A DNA stretch of 62,193 bases, the filler included, from Chiloscyllium plagiosum (Eukaryota): assembly GCF_004010195.1 (NCBI RefSeq). It is 7 parts of one record of this genome, joined end to end, with 100 filler letters (N's around TTAATTAATTAA, not from the genome) between each part and the next. Parts side by side here need not be neighbours in the genome. Positions count along the whole stretch, not along the records: positions 48,666 to 57,503 come from NC_057710.1; positions 57,604 to 62,193 come from NC_057710.1; 5 more parts are not named here. One strand, written 5' to 3'. The notes under the pieces were generated by a model, which ran no database searches, had not been told where the DNA came from, and was given only the letters and a program-made list of their open reading frames with translations. The translations under genes were made by a program, and so were the position numbers. Position 1 is the first letter of the stretch. Every line of letters begins with the position of its first letter. Below, piece after piece: positions 51,801 through 62,193 of the stretch.

Positions 51801-52854
51801 CTCAGATGATAAATGGATGATAATGGAAGAGTATAGGTTAGGTGGGCTTCAGATCAGTATCACAGGTTGGTGCAACATTGAGGGCTGAAGGGCCTGTATT
51901 ACGCTGTAATGTTCTATGTTCTATGCAACAATTTAAGATGTATAAGAGACTAAAAAAGGAACCAAGACCCGGTAATGCTGGGTCTTTCAGCCTTTTGTAT
52001 ATCAATGTGACTTTTTTAGGCAACTAGGGACAGTTCTTCACTGGAATAACTATGACTTTTATATTCATATGAACCATGTGAAGACTGTCCAACAGCTACT
52101 TTTTATGGAGTTAAGATCTCTTCAACTCCTGTAATGGAGAGCTTATGTGAAACCAAAAATCGAAAGAACCCTGCAAATAAAAATAAAATCCTTAGAATTT
52201 CCAGACTGTAAAGTGCCTCAATACATTTCCAACCGGATGATTGCTTTTAAAAATAAATGTGATCTCTTCTTGTACTTGAAAGAGAGACATGTGTATATCT
52301 GAAGCTGCTGTGGGCCATACTTGGTGGACTGGTGCTGTTGCTATGATGGGGGCATGTCATGAAGGCCAATAACTGAGATAGGTTTCTGAATTCCTCACAT
52401 GGATTCCTACTGAAGAAAGGATGCAAAAACCCTGTTGACTGTGGCCACTGAACTTTAAGGGTGACAGCTTGAATGATTTTTCTCAGGCTCTTCCAAGACC
52501 GGTCAGAGCCAATCTGTCCATTCTGTCAGTCTGTTACAGCTCAGTGTGCTGTTTCTTTGAGGATGGCCATCCAGAGATTCAATTGGTGTTGATTGAGCTC
52601 CAAAGCAAGAACCAGTTGATGAACAATGACAATGTTGGTCTTCTCGAAACACCTGCCAAAGATGTTGGAGGAGCTTTGCTGTCCAGTCCAGTTGTTGGTA
52701 CTCAGCAGGATGTATGCTTGTGAGCAGGGGGATTCACAGATGTTCTAGCTGTGCTCATGGCTGTCTTAGGAACGTCTGCAGGAGCCCTTCAATTGTTCAA
52801 ACAAAGGATATTATGAAGCCGAAGCTATGCCCTCTAATTGTGGACTCCCCTACC

Positions 52855-53193
52855 GGACAGTGGCTTGTTGGTTAGCACTATTGCTTTACTGTGTCAGGGA
52901 CCAGGGTTCGATTCCAGCCTCAGGTGACAGTGAGAAATTTGCACATTCCCCCAATGTCTGTGTGGGTTTCTGCCTGGTGCTCAAGTTTCCTTTCTCAGTT
53001 CAAAGATGATTGGCTATGCTTAAAAATTGCCAATAATGTCCAGGGATATGCAGGCTAGGTGGGTAAGCCATGGTAAATGTAGAGTTGCAAGGATAGGGTG
53101 AAGGGCCGAGTCTGGGTGGGATGCTCTTCAGGGGGTTGGTGCGGACTCGATGGGCCAAATGCCCTCTTTCCTCACTGAAGGGATTCTATGATT
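52855..53193 (+). mobile_element. HE1/V-SINE-type tRNA-derived SINE, older copy
   Basis: tggcttgttgg A box, ggttcgattcc B box, tttgcacattcccccaatgtctgtgtgggtttc core, gggattctatgatt tail. Confidence 0.85.
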
Positions 53194-54319
53194 CAGAGCT
53201 GAATTGGGGATGGATTACTCAAGCTCTCACTGCCATCTGAACAGCAGCTGCCACATAAAAGATTACATCCATATATTACAGTTACAGCATTCCCAAGGAG
53301 CAGAGTAGTTCCCCTGATTCCATAATTCTCATAACTGCACCCTACATTGTTACCTCACCCCTCTCCAGACTATGACCTTCAGGCTACAGCTGGTAAGGGT
53401 AATGTTTACTGAATTAATTGGGCAAGCTACTTGTGAGGGCAAGGCAGGTGTAGCAGTCTGTGCAAGTATCACCAATAAGGGGCAATCTCTGGCTGATTGT
53501 GCCTTGCATTGAGGAATGCATAATCGAGAATTAGATTAACTAATTCATTAACCTATACGTTTCATTACTTTAAAAAATCTGGTTGAATTAAACATTCCAT
53601 CTGCCCGACTCTGAGGTATTTTGATTGTGTAGAGCCCATTCCGTGGTTGTGCCACGTGGGATTGGTCACATTCCTGAAGATTGAATACAAATATTTCATT
53701 ACAATCATTATTGTGCTATTGGCTTTCCTGAAAGATTAAAAAAATCAGATTTATTTCATATTTGTGACAGAGAATGAACTTGCAAAATCTTCAATTTTTT
53801 GAGCAAATTAATTTCTTATGAAAAAGATTTGTAAAGAATTTAGAATGTTTGCAAAGGGTATAATTATTTTCTTGACTGTTCTTTCAACTATAAAGATGCA
53901 ATCAGGTGTGAAGTACAGTGTAAGAGAAATTATTGATGGGAATATTACTTCAGTAAACTTCTATGTAATTAAAATCATGATGCTCTTTTCTCAACATGGT
54001 CACACTGCAGACTGGACTCAAGCAAAATGATTGTACAACTTAAAATGTGTTGTTTGGATTTGAGATTTTGAGGAATATTTCTTCACCATCTTCGTGTGAT
54101 TTAAATGAAATTTCTGATGAAAGCCATTGATTTGGAATATTTACTCTGTTTCTCTCTCCACAGATGCTACCTGATCTACTGAGTATTTCCAGCACTTCCT
54201 GATTTAGTTAAATCTCTTTTATGTACTTTAGACCAAAGGATCAATTCAGTTACTGGGATATGTAACAAGTCCATGTAAAGTTTGGCTAACTAATATGTAC
54301 AATCTTCTGTATCATTTAT

Positions 54320-54650
54320 TAAAGAAAGAAGAACTTGCATGTATAGCCTCCCCATATTTTGAGAAAATGCGAATTAAGTCTCAGCAGCAGGGTGTCACGA
54401 GCTGAACTGGAATAAATGACCACTCAATTTGTTTGTGCGCTGTTAGCTAAATGGTGAATATTCCCAGGATACCAGGAGAACATTCTGTTATCCTTTTATA
54501 AACTGCTAAAGGATTTTGCTTCTTATATAGACACAGAAAGGTCTTCAATTTAACCATGGTGTTTCTGCCAATGCACCATTCTCACACTATCGCAGCGGAA
54601 TATCAGCCTTGATTAGGAGCTCAAGGCTCAGCATGGAGCTTGAAACCATG
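54320..54650 (-). mobile_element. Deu-domain SINE, degraded
   Basis: Reverse-complement similarity to 5110-5412 and 55095-55440. Confidence 0.5.
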
Positions 54651-55094
54651 GGATTTAATGAGAATTGACAATGTCTACATGTCACCATTCGTGTTTCTTA
54701 AAAAAAAATTAGATCAATTTCCAACATCTGCCATGTTGGGTTTTGAATCTCTGACTTCAGAACATTGGCCTGGGGTTCTGGATTTACAAGGTCCAATACT
54801 ATTACAATGACATGCCCTCTAGTTCTCCCTCAGTGGCAAGCTAGATTTCATTGTCAAGTCCCTGATGGGGTTTGATTCTCCATCCTGTGGATTCTGGGGT
54901 GTGAACACTACATGCTAAACCACAGCTAATATCTAATGCCTACCCAAACCCAAATTTACCTCCCTAAAAATGCAGGGACAGCAGCGAATTCCCAGTGGAG
55001 GTATTGCAGAACATATAACTGCTGTGTTGGAATACAGATTTTTATCCCCACCTGAGTTACATCTGCTTTGGTCCATTTGGTTGTGGTCTTTCTT

Positions 55095-55440
55095 CTGAAA
55101 TAATTGAGCTCCAGACACTGAGCTCAAACATCAAGGCTAAAATTCTGTAACAATGCTGAGGGAATGCTGCACTGTCAAAGGCACAATCTTCTAGGGGAGT
55201 CAGGAATGACTGCACTCACAGGTAGAAGAGATCCCTTGTTAATACTTTCAAGAGGAGGAGAGGAGTTATCCTTGGTCATATTTATCCATCAATTCCCACC
55301 ACAAAAACAGATGATCTAGTCATTGGTCAGATTGCTGTTTTGGGGAACTTGTTGCACACAAATTGCTACCACAATTTATAAGATTACAAAAGTCCTTCAC
55401 TCTGGAAAACACTCTGGGAGGCTTGTTCTATAAGCATAGG
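55095..55440 (+). mobile_element. Deu-domain SINE, degraded
   Basis: gctgagggaatgctgcactgtc..gatccc..ggagttatcc..atatttatcc..acagatgatctagtcatt..attgctgttttgggga. Confidence 0.65.
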
Positions 55441-57034
55441 CCCTCCATTTATTTTAATTAAATGACTATCCATACCAGCTCTGATCCGACACATTTGCCA
55501 CTATTTGTTTCCTATTTCTAAAGGGCATATTCATTTTACAGTAACGTTTTAACCAAAAGGTTACTGACAAAGCTGTCATGATGTGTGATGACTGCTGAAT
55601 TTGATGTGACTTGCTTCACGTTTATTGGTACGTTTCACAAGTGAAGTTAACCAGACTTTCATCTTTGCCTCTTCACTTATCTCCGTCCACACTTGCATGA
55701 CCAATAAATGTGAAACAAAAAGCGTTTTTGAAATGTTTCTAGTGTGATGGTTACTTCTTCGCATTCCAGGCATATCAACCAATGATGGGAGTCACACATG
55801 GACCGAACAATTGAGAGAAACAATTGAGCAGAGAAAATTGACATTCGGGCAATGACGATGCAAAATAAAGTATCACCTGGAGGTGCAATTTTACTTGTCT
55901 GCACATCGAGTGATTAAAAGGGCAGGGCAGCACAGGTGACAGGTGCTCCTTCAGCTTAACTTGTCAGCAATGGCTGTCTTTCTACACCTTGAGCAACACC
56001 TGGCAACCTCAACTGCTGGGCGTGTACCAGCAGGACTCAGTGCTGGCTGACGACTTGCAATCCAAGCCTGAAGTGTTTGTAGTCAGAGTGAATGTGATAT
56101 GTTGCTTGTAGCCTGCTTTCTAAATTACACAGCTCTAGTTTCTGAAATGGCCAGTAGAATAATAAATGAAAGAAACATTCTTTTGAATCATTATCCAAGT
56201 GGTATTTCTCTGAATGTGTAGTTTGGACACAAAATACATAACTGCTTTTAAAGATTGGCCTCAGGATGTTTGTAGTTGGTGTCAGTGTAAAACATCAAAC
56301 AGTATTAAGAGGTTAGATAATAAGTGGTTCTCATCTGTTCCACCATAATATGATCAAAGATGGATGTATAAGGCTAGATTCTCCTCTGCAGTCCCACCCT
56401 ACTTGGGAGTTGGATAAGGTCAGAGAGGGAGCAAAGATTGGGTGGTAAATTCCCCTCCATCCTCTCATCACTCTGTTACAAATTCTGGAGGGTAGGAGAT
56501 TTCCTGCAATACATCTGGGAGAGTGAGGATTGGCATCTGCTGTACTCTGATGGAAAATCAAATTTGCCTCCCCCAATTTCTCAAGCAGCCTCCTGAGCTT
56601 GGGAGGCTTGGTATATTCACTTGCAGTGTCAAATAGGGACAATGTGGCCAAGCAACAGCCAATGACAGAGATTTTCAATGTGAACCCCTCATCAAGTGTC
56701 TCGTTTTAAAAAACAAATCACAAATAGATCCAACTGAGAACCAAATACGCTTTATCAAAAGATAGAAATCCTAACAATCTCTTCCAGATTCACTTTTTTA
56801 AAAAATAACTGCATATTTATTTTTAAAAGTGATCATTTGTTTTATTCATTCACAGAATGGCACTGGCCAGGCCAGAATTTATTGCCCATCCCTATTTAAG
56901 TATGCCTAGACTTAGGACACAAAAAGCATCCTGAGTATATTTGAAAATCAAGAGGCAAAAGTCAAAGAGAAACTTCAAAGAAGAACTGTGGCCCACATTC
57001 TAGAGTCCTAAAAAGGTAGCTGCAGAGATAGATT

Positions 57035-57503
57035 CATAGAGTCATAGAGATGTACAGCACGGAAATAATGCTGCCGTCCAACACATTCATTCTAACCAGA
57101 CATCCCAACCGAATCTAGTCCCATTTGTCAGCAATTGGCCCATATCCCTAAAGCACTTCCTATTCATGTACCTATCCAAATAACTTTTAAATGTTGCAAC
57201 TGTACTAGCCTCCACCACTTCTTCTCCCACTCTGCCGAGGACATGGAGGTCCTGGGCCTCCTTCACTGCCGCTCCCTCACCACCAGGGGCGTGAAGGAAC
57301 ACATCCTCCTCTTCCGCCTCGGAACACTTCAACCCCAGGCCATCAATGTGGACTTCAACAGTTTCCTCATTTCCCCTTCCCCCACCTCACCCTAGTTCCA
57401 AACTTCCAGCTCAGCACTGTCCCCATGACTTGTCCGGACTTGTCCTACCTGCCTATCTCCTTTTCCACCTATCCACTCCACCCTCTCCTCCCTGACCTAT
57501 CAC
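57035..57503. mobile_element. CR1 3' end (minus, 57035-57221) abutting PLE GIY-YIG C-terminus (plus, 57222-57503)
   Basis: catagagtcatagag tail; HSAEDMEVLGLLHC..LFRLGTLQPQAINVDF. Confidence 0.8.
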
Positions 57504-57603
57504 NNNNNNNNNNNNNNNNNNNNNNNNNNNNNNNNNNNNNNNNNNNNTTAATTAATTAANNNNNNNNNNNNNNNNNNNNNNNNNNNNNNNNNNNNNNNNN
57601 NNN

Positions 57604-58620
57604 AGAGGGCATAGGTTTAGGGTGAGAGGGGAAAGATATAAAAGAGACCTAAGGCGCAACGTTTTCACATAGAGGGTAGTACGTGTATGGAATGAGCTGC
57701 TAGAGGATGTGGTGGAAGCAGGTACAATTGCAAGATTTAAGAGGCATTTGGATGGGCATATGAATAGGAAGGATTTGGAGGGATATGGGCCGGGTGCTGG
57801 CAGGTGGGGCTAGATTGGGTTGGGATATCTGATTGGCATGGACGGGTTGGATGGAAGGGTCTGTTTCCATGCTGTACATCTCTATGACTCTATGACTCTA
57901 ATTTGTAAGACGTGAGAATGGAAATTGCAGGGGAACTGGCCACAATCTTCAGACTTCCCTAGACTCAGGAGAGGACTGGAGCATTGTAAAAATTATGGAC
58001 TTGTTCAATGAAGGTGATAAGGATAAGCCCAGTAATTACAGGCAAGTCAGCACAAATTCAGTGGCAGAGAAGCTTGTAGAAACAATTACTCAGTAAAGAA
58101 TTAGCAGTTCTATGGAAAAAATGAATGTTGATTGGGAAGAGTAAGCATGATTTTCTCAATGGGAAATCATGCTTATCTAAATTGCTATAGAGTTTTTGCA
58201 GAGTTAACAAGAAGGGTAATACTGTTGATGTGGTATTCTTTTTTGACTTTCAGAAGGTTTGATACAGTGCCACACAACAGACTGGTGAGGAAGTTATAGA
58301 CCATTGAATAAATGACTCAGTGGCAACATGGATACAAAATTGGCTGAGTGATAGGAACTAGAGAGCAGTTGAAAATGAATATGTTTTGGGTAAAAGAAAC
58401 AAGAATGAGGGAGCACAGATTAAAGTTGTCTGAATGAATGCACTAAGAAGTGAGGAGAAATCTTTTCACACAGCAAGAAGTTAGAATATGGACTGCATGG
58501 AAATTTGGTAGAGACAAGATACCATTGAAACATTTAAAACAGTATTGGATGATTATTTGGATAAAAATAACATGCAAAATTACAGGGAAAATGCTGGAAA
58601 TTGGCTTCAGGCAATGATGG
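57604..58620 (+). mobile_element. CR1 3' end with (CTATGACT)n tail (57604-57900) followed by an old CR1 RT remnant
   Basis: 3' UTR matches 23910-24183; SNYRQVS and DFQK.FDTVPH motifs downstream. Confidence 0.8.
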
Positions 58621-61609
58621 AATAATGGGTAAAGTTGTCCCCATCAACATCATGACTCTTCTGTGGTACTGTGACAATAGATGATTCTCACTTTCTTAAG
58701 CATTTCCTCACCTTTTTTAGTTAAATGGCAGTTTTCCACTTTTATCTGCATACAATGGATGCTTCATCGCTTTTCAGAGCCATAAAAATCTCCTTGCAGA
58801 ATTTTAAATTAAGTTCTTTGGCAATGGCCTTAATGGATCATCCTGTGAAATACCAGTTTAAATCATAATTGTCCTGATCTTCAAACACCATCTTAACATT
58901 CTTTTAAGTTTCTTCTTCCGTTAGACTCTTTCTTCAATCTGGGTGCTTTCCAATATTGCACCTCTATTATAATGTGCCTCATGGAGCTTACTCATCGTTG
59001 CAGTGATGCTCATTTTAAGAGATCAGGATTTTTCCTCAATCTCTTTCTTTTCTGCTTGGTCTTTAGGCCATTCTGAAAATGTTTTCATTAGTTCTTCTTG
59101 AATCTTTAACTTTTACTTCTGGAGTCTTCACTTGCTTCCTACAGAAATTTAGTCTCTAAGTTCATAGACATGTGGAAACACAGAAGATGGGAAGAGGAGT
59201 AGGTCATGTGACCCCTTGAGCCTGTTCCCCTATTCAATATGGTCATGGCTAATCATTGGGCTCAATGCCCCACTCCCGCCTTCTATTCATATCCTTTAGT
59301 CCCTTTAACCACAAGAGCGATATTTACCTCAAGTCTTTCACAAAGACTTGAAAACATGTCTTTGTGCAAGCACTTGGCTTCTTTCCTTGTATGGTTAGTT
59401 TTCTTCACTCTACTGTTTTCACTGAACCTTTTACTAGCGCTTTGGTGAAGGTTTTCTCCTATGGTGTTGTTTTTGATCTGTTGGCCATTGCTATGTTTGT
59501 TCTCTTGAAGCACTGTTTTTTAAAGTTGTAAAGTCACCTGTCTTCAAAATATTTTTTCTTCAGGGTTAATTGAAATTCAAAGCTGCGTTTCTGTTTACCA
59601 GGGTGGTTGTGGCTAGGGTTCTTTGCTGCCAGCATTTCAACTGTCTTCTCTTTGAAAACATCAAATTCACAAATGGTTAGACAGCCCTTGATGAGGCACT
59701 GTAACACAAACAAATAGTTAATGGAAACTTACACAATAAATGAAACATTTTAAATCAAGGTATCATTTTCCATGGCAATGATGCATCCCATGCCGGCTGG
59801 TGCCTACTCATCTATTTCTCCTTTTTGTGCTGATCTAAGGATCTTCCATGAGGAAAGATAAAGGTTCCTAAGGAGAAGAAGAAGCAATTGTCTTAAATTA
59901 CAAAATATGCATAATTCTAGAATTGCATTAACTAGTTAGATATAATTACAATTATCAGGAGATGGGTATGCCAGATTTGTCTCTATCAAAACTTTGTACA
60001 AGACTAACATTTTTCTCATACAAAGATTTTGTGACAATATTCAATTGGGTTGGATCTTGATTTCCTAGATGGACAATCATACTAGTTAATGAGTGATTGC
60101 CAATGACGATGACAAATGGTGACAATATGGCTCCACATTAACTCATTCAGAGCCATTATTTTATACAATAGTTGGCTTAAGTATCTTGCCTTCTTTTGAC
60201 CAATAACGCAAAACACCAACTGTTAACTTAGAATTCTGCTCATTTTACTCCATCTGTAAAATTTTCACCCGTTTAATTAACCTTCTTCCATCCATTTGCA
60301 GATATCTTGGATCTTCCCTCAACTTGCTTTCTGAGCTATCTTCATTTTGTTGGTGCATTTGACTGCAGATTCATCACAGGACAATGACATAAACTGTGAA
60401 CAGTTGCTTCTCAATACTTGGATTCAAATCCAGAACATGCACGAATGCTGCAGTTTTGGGTTACTCATTTGAATATTTGCTTCAATATTACAGGAAAAGT
60501 CACATAAATATTTTGAGGTGGACTACCTAATCTTTGTAAAAATGCACATTTAACCAGTTGTTTGAATGTTATAATGATAATTGTGAATAGTCAAGACTGC
60601 TTACCAAGAGCAATATTATTCAGGTTGGAAAAAAGAACAGGAAGATCATCAAAAATAGATAGATCTATAATATTCCTTCAAGGGCTGCCGATTAGTTTCT
60701 ATATGAGTACTTTTATAATGCCGTATTTGGCTGTTTCCTCAATCTAATCAATTGTTTCTTTTTTCTGAATATCCAACAATGTTTTGTTTTTCCCAATTGT
60801 ATGTTCTCCACTTAGTTTTCACATATTTATCCATGGAAAGGTGGTGTTTGTGGTGGTAAAGCTAAATTGCTTTTAGTGATTAAAAAATGTTAAATGATAG
60901 TTAATGCAACTCTGAAGATAATATAAACTATGCTTTTTTCTAGATCAAAGTATGACCATTAACACCTGAAAGATAATCAGAGTGCTGATGTAGCTATGTT
61001 TCTGTTAATTTTGTTTTGAGGTATGTATACCTTTGCTCTCTATGTTTTAATTTCTTGAGGTAAAAGGAAAGTTCAGTACATCTATTAGTTACTCCATATT
61101 GGCTATTCCAGGTTATTTATTTTTGACATACGTTATGAAAATACTTTACATTTAACATTGCTTGGAGGATTTAAGGTTTGAGGACATTGGAAAAAGTAAT
61201 TATTTTTCATTTTCTAGCTAAACTTGGAGTAATCTTTATAAAAAAGGTCACCAAAAGTTCATTTTGAACATTATTTCATTTTTTAAAACAACTTCCTAGA
61301 AATTACAGCCTTAGTGATCACTAGTTGCTTTGCTGTAAACCTGACTTCGGCTGAAACTTCAGCAGTAAATGGTTTAGCGAGGTTCTAGCTTTCTCAAGTT
61401 CAGTTGGAAAAGACCTAGCTGAGTTAGAGGAAAGATCGTGATGAACAATCTGTCCAGTTAATCTCTCACATATATAAGAAAGAAACAACTCTTTATCTCA
61501 GGTTATGGTAAATCTTATTTCTTCTTTAGAAAGATTGATTGAAGGAAGATCTCAAACTGGGAATGCTTGAGCAAGCTGTGTTGGCAAGTTTTCAGAGACA
61601 ACCATATTC

Positions 61610-61943
61610 CACTTTGAGTGCGAGCAGCAGCTAAGGTAAGACAGTTTGTTTTAAAATGACTTACCGGTAGCGGGCAGTGGTGTTTTTTTTTTCTCTTTAC
61701 AGAAAGAGCGGGAGCAGCAGGGGGAAGTGACGAAGACCAGAGGGGCAGCCGGGAAGGAAAGCAGTGAGTATAAATACTCACCCTTCGACGCCAACGGTCA
61801 CTTTGAGTGCGAGCAGCAGCTAAGGTAAGACAGTTTGTTTAAAAATTACTTACCGGTAGCGGGCAGCGGTGCTTTTTTTTCTCTCTTTACAGAAAGAGCG
61901 GGAGCAGAAGGGGGAAGTGACGAAGACCAGAGGGGCAACCGGG
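61610..61943 (+). repeat. ~189-bp tandem repeat (about 1.8 units)
   Basis: cactttgagtgcgagcagcagctaaggtaag starts at 61610 and 61799. Confidence 0.9.
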
Positions 61944-62193
61944 TAGGTTTTCTTTCCCTTTAAAAGCGCGCAGGAGAAGAACCCGAGGCACTACGGACGT
62001 AGTGCCTCCCACCCGCCCTCCTCCTCTAACCTAAATAATAAGACCCGTTGTGGTAAGTAGGTAAGTGCTGCATTTTGCTTGTATTCTTTAGACCCAGTTT
62101 TTTTTAATATATAAAAGGTTACTTTCAGAGGGATGGCAGTGAAGGCAGTGCAATGTTCCTCTTGCAACATGTTTGAGGTGAGGGATGCCATGG
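61610..62193 (+). mobile_element. 5' end of a CR1 element: tandem-unit 5' UTR and start of ORF1
   Basis: ATG 62133 MAVKAVQCSSCNMFEVRDAM matches the CxxC-xMW/FE start of the other CR1 ORF1s; the UTR is CpG-rich. Confidence 0.7.

Larger units (their letters stand above)
43683..51925 (+). mobile_element. Host CR1 (ORF1 esterase to 3' tail) fragmented by nested insertions
   Basis: Pieces 43683-45332, 45860-46547 and 50451-51925 rejoin. AIVIGDSIVRGTD, YFNARSI, SDHN, GNYRPVSLTS; the DFxK|FDKVPH motif is split across the 46548-50449 insert. Confidence 0.85.

Noticed and set aside
51720..52920. tRNA genes suggested by A/B boxes
   Set aside because: These are SINE heads continuing into V-domain and LINE-derived tails.
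52300..53680. PIF/Harbinger remnants (also 10360-10750, 11640-11830, 12820-13330, 56370-56610)
   Set aside because: Repeat-like by appearance only; no TIR pair, TSD or transposase motif could be shown.
20651..57559. TTAATTAATTAA palindrome recurring six times
   Set aside because: Always centred in a 100-bp N gap; it is a scaffolding linker with stops in all frames, not biology.
1..62193. CRISPR arrays, operons or prokaryotic systems
   Set aside because: No regularly spaced repeat-spacer array; the sequence is vertebrate, TE-rich DNA.

Overview
Eukaryotic, repeat-saturated genomic DNA, almost certainly from a cartilaginous fish (shark-like). This is inferred from HE1/V-type SINEs, Deu-domain SINEs, shark-type CR1 LINEs and Penelope-like elements, all recognised by eye without a database search. 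No host protein-coding gene could be supported; essentially every recognisable ORF is transposon-derived. Contents: (i) many CR1 LINE copies of at least four 3'-tail subtypes, including two copies with a shared, apparently complete 5' end (zinc-finger/SGNH-esterase ORF1 plus APE-RT ORF2), deep nesting, and one clear twin-primed 5'-inverted copy; (ii) a second, divergent CR1-group LINE family and an old L2; (iii) more than a dozen Penelope-like element (PLE) remnants whose pseudo-LTRs carry minimal hammerhead ribozyme motifs, including TSD-flanked solo and fold-back units; (iv) a degraded Gmr1-like Gypsy element with SCAN-like gag, CCHC knuckle, protease and then integrase; (v) tRNA-derived SINEs; (vi) at the right edge, a CR1 5' UTR made of ~189-bp tandem units with ETS/CRE-like motifs, hairpins and three 67-68-nt intron-like segments ahead of ORF1. 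Unique sequence includes a CpG-retaining promoter-like block (~1.5-3.3 kb) and an enhancer-like motif cluster (~55.5-56.1 kb). Six 100-bp gaps contain an artificial TTAATTAATTAA linker. Most element boundaries are approximate.
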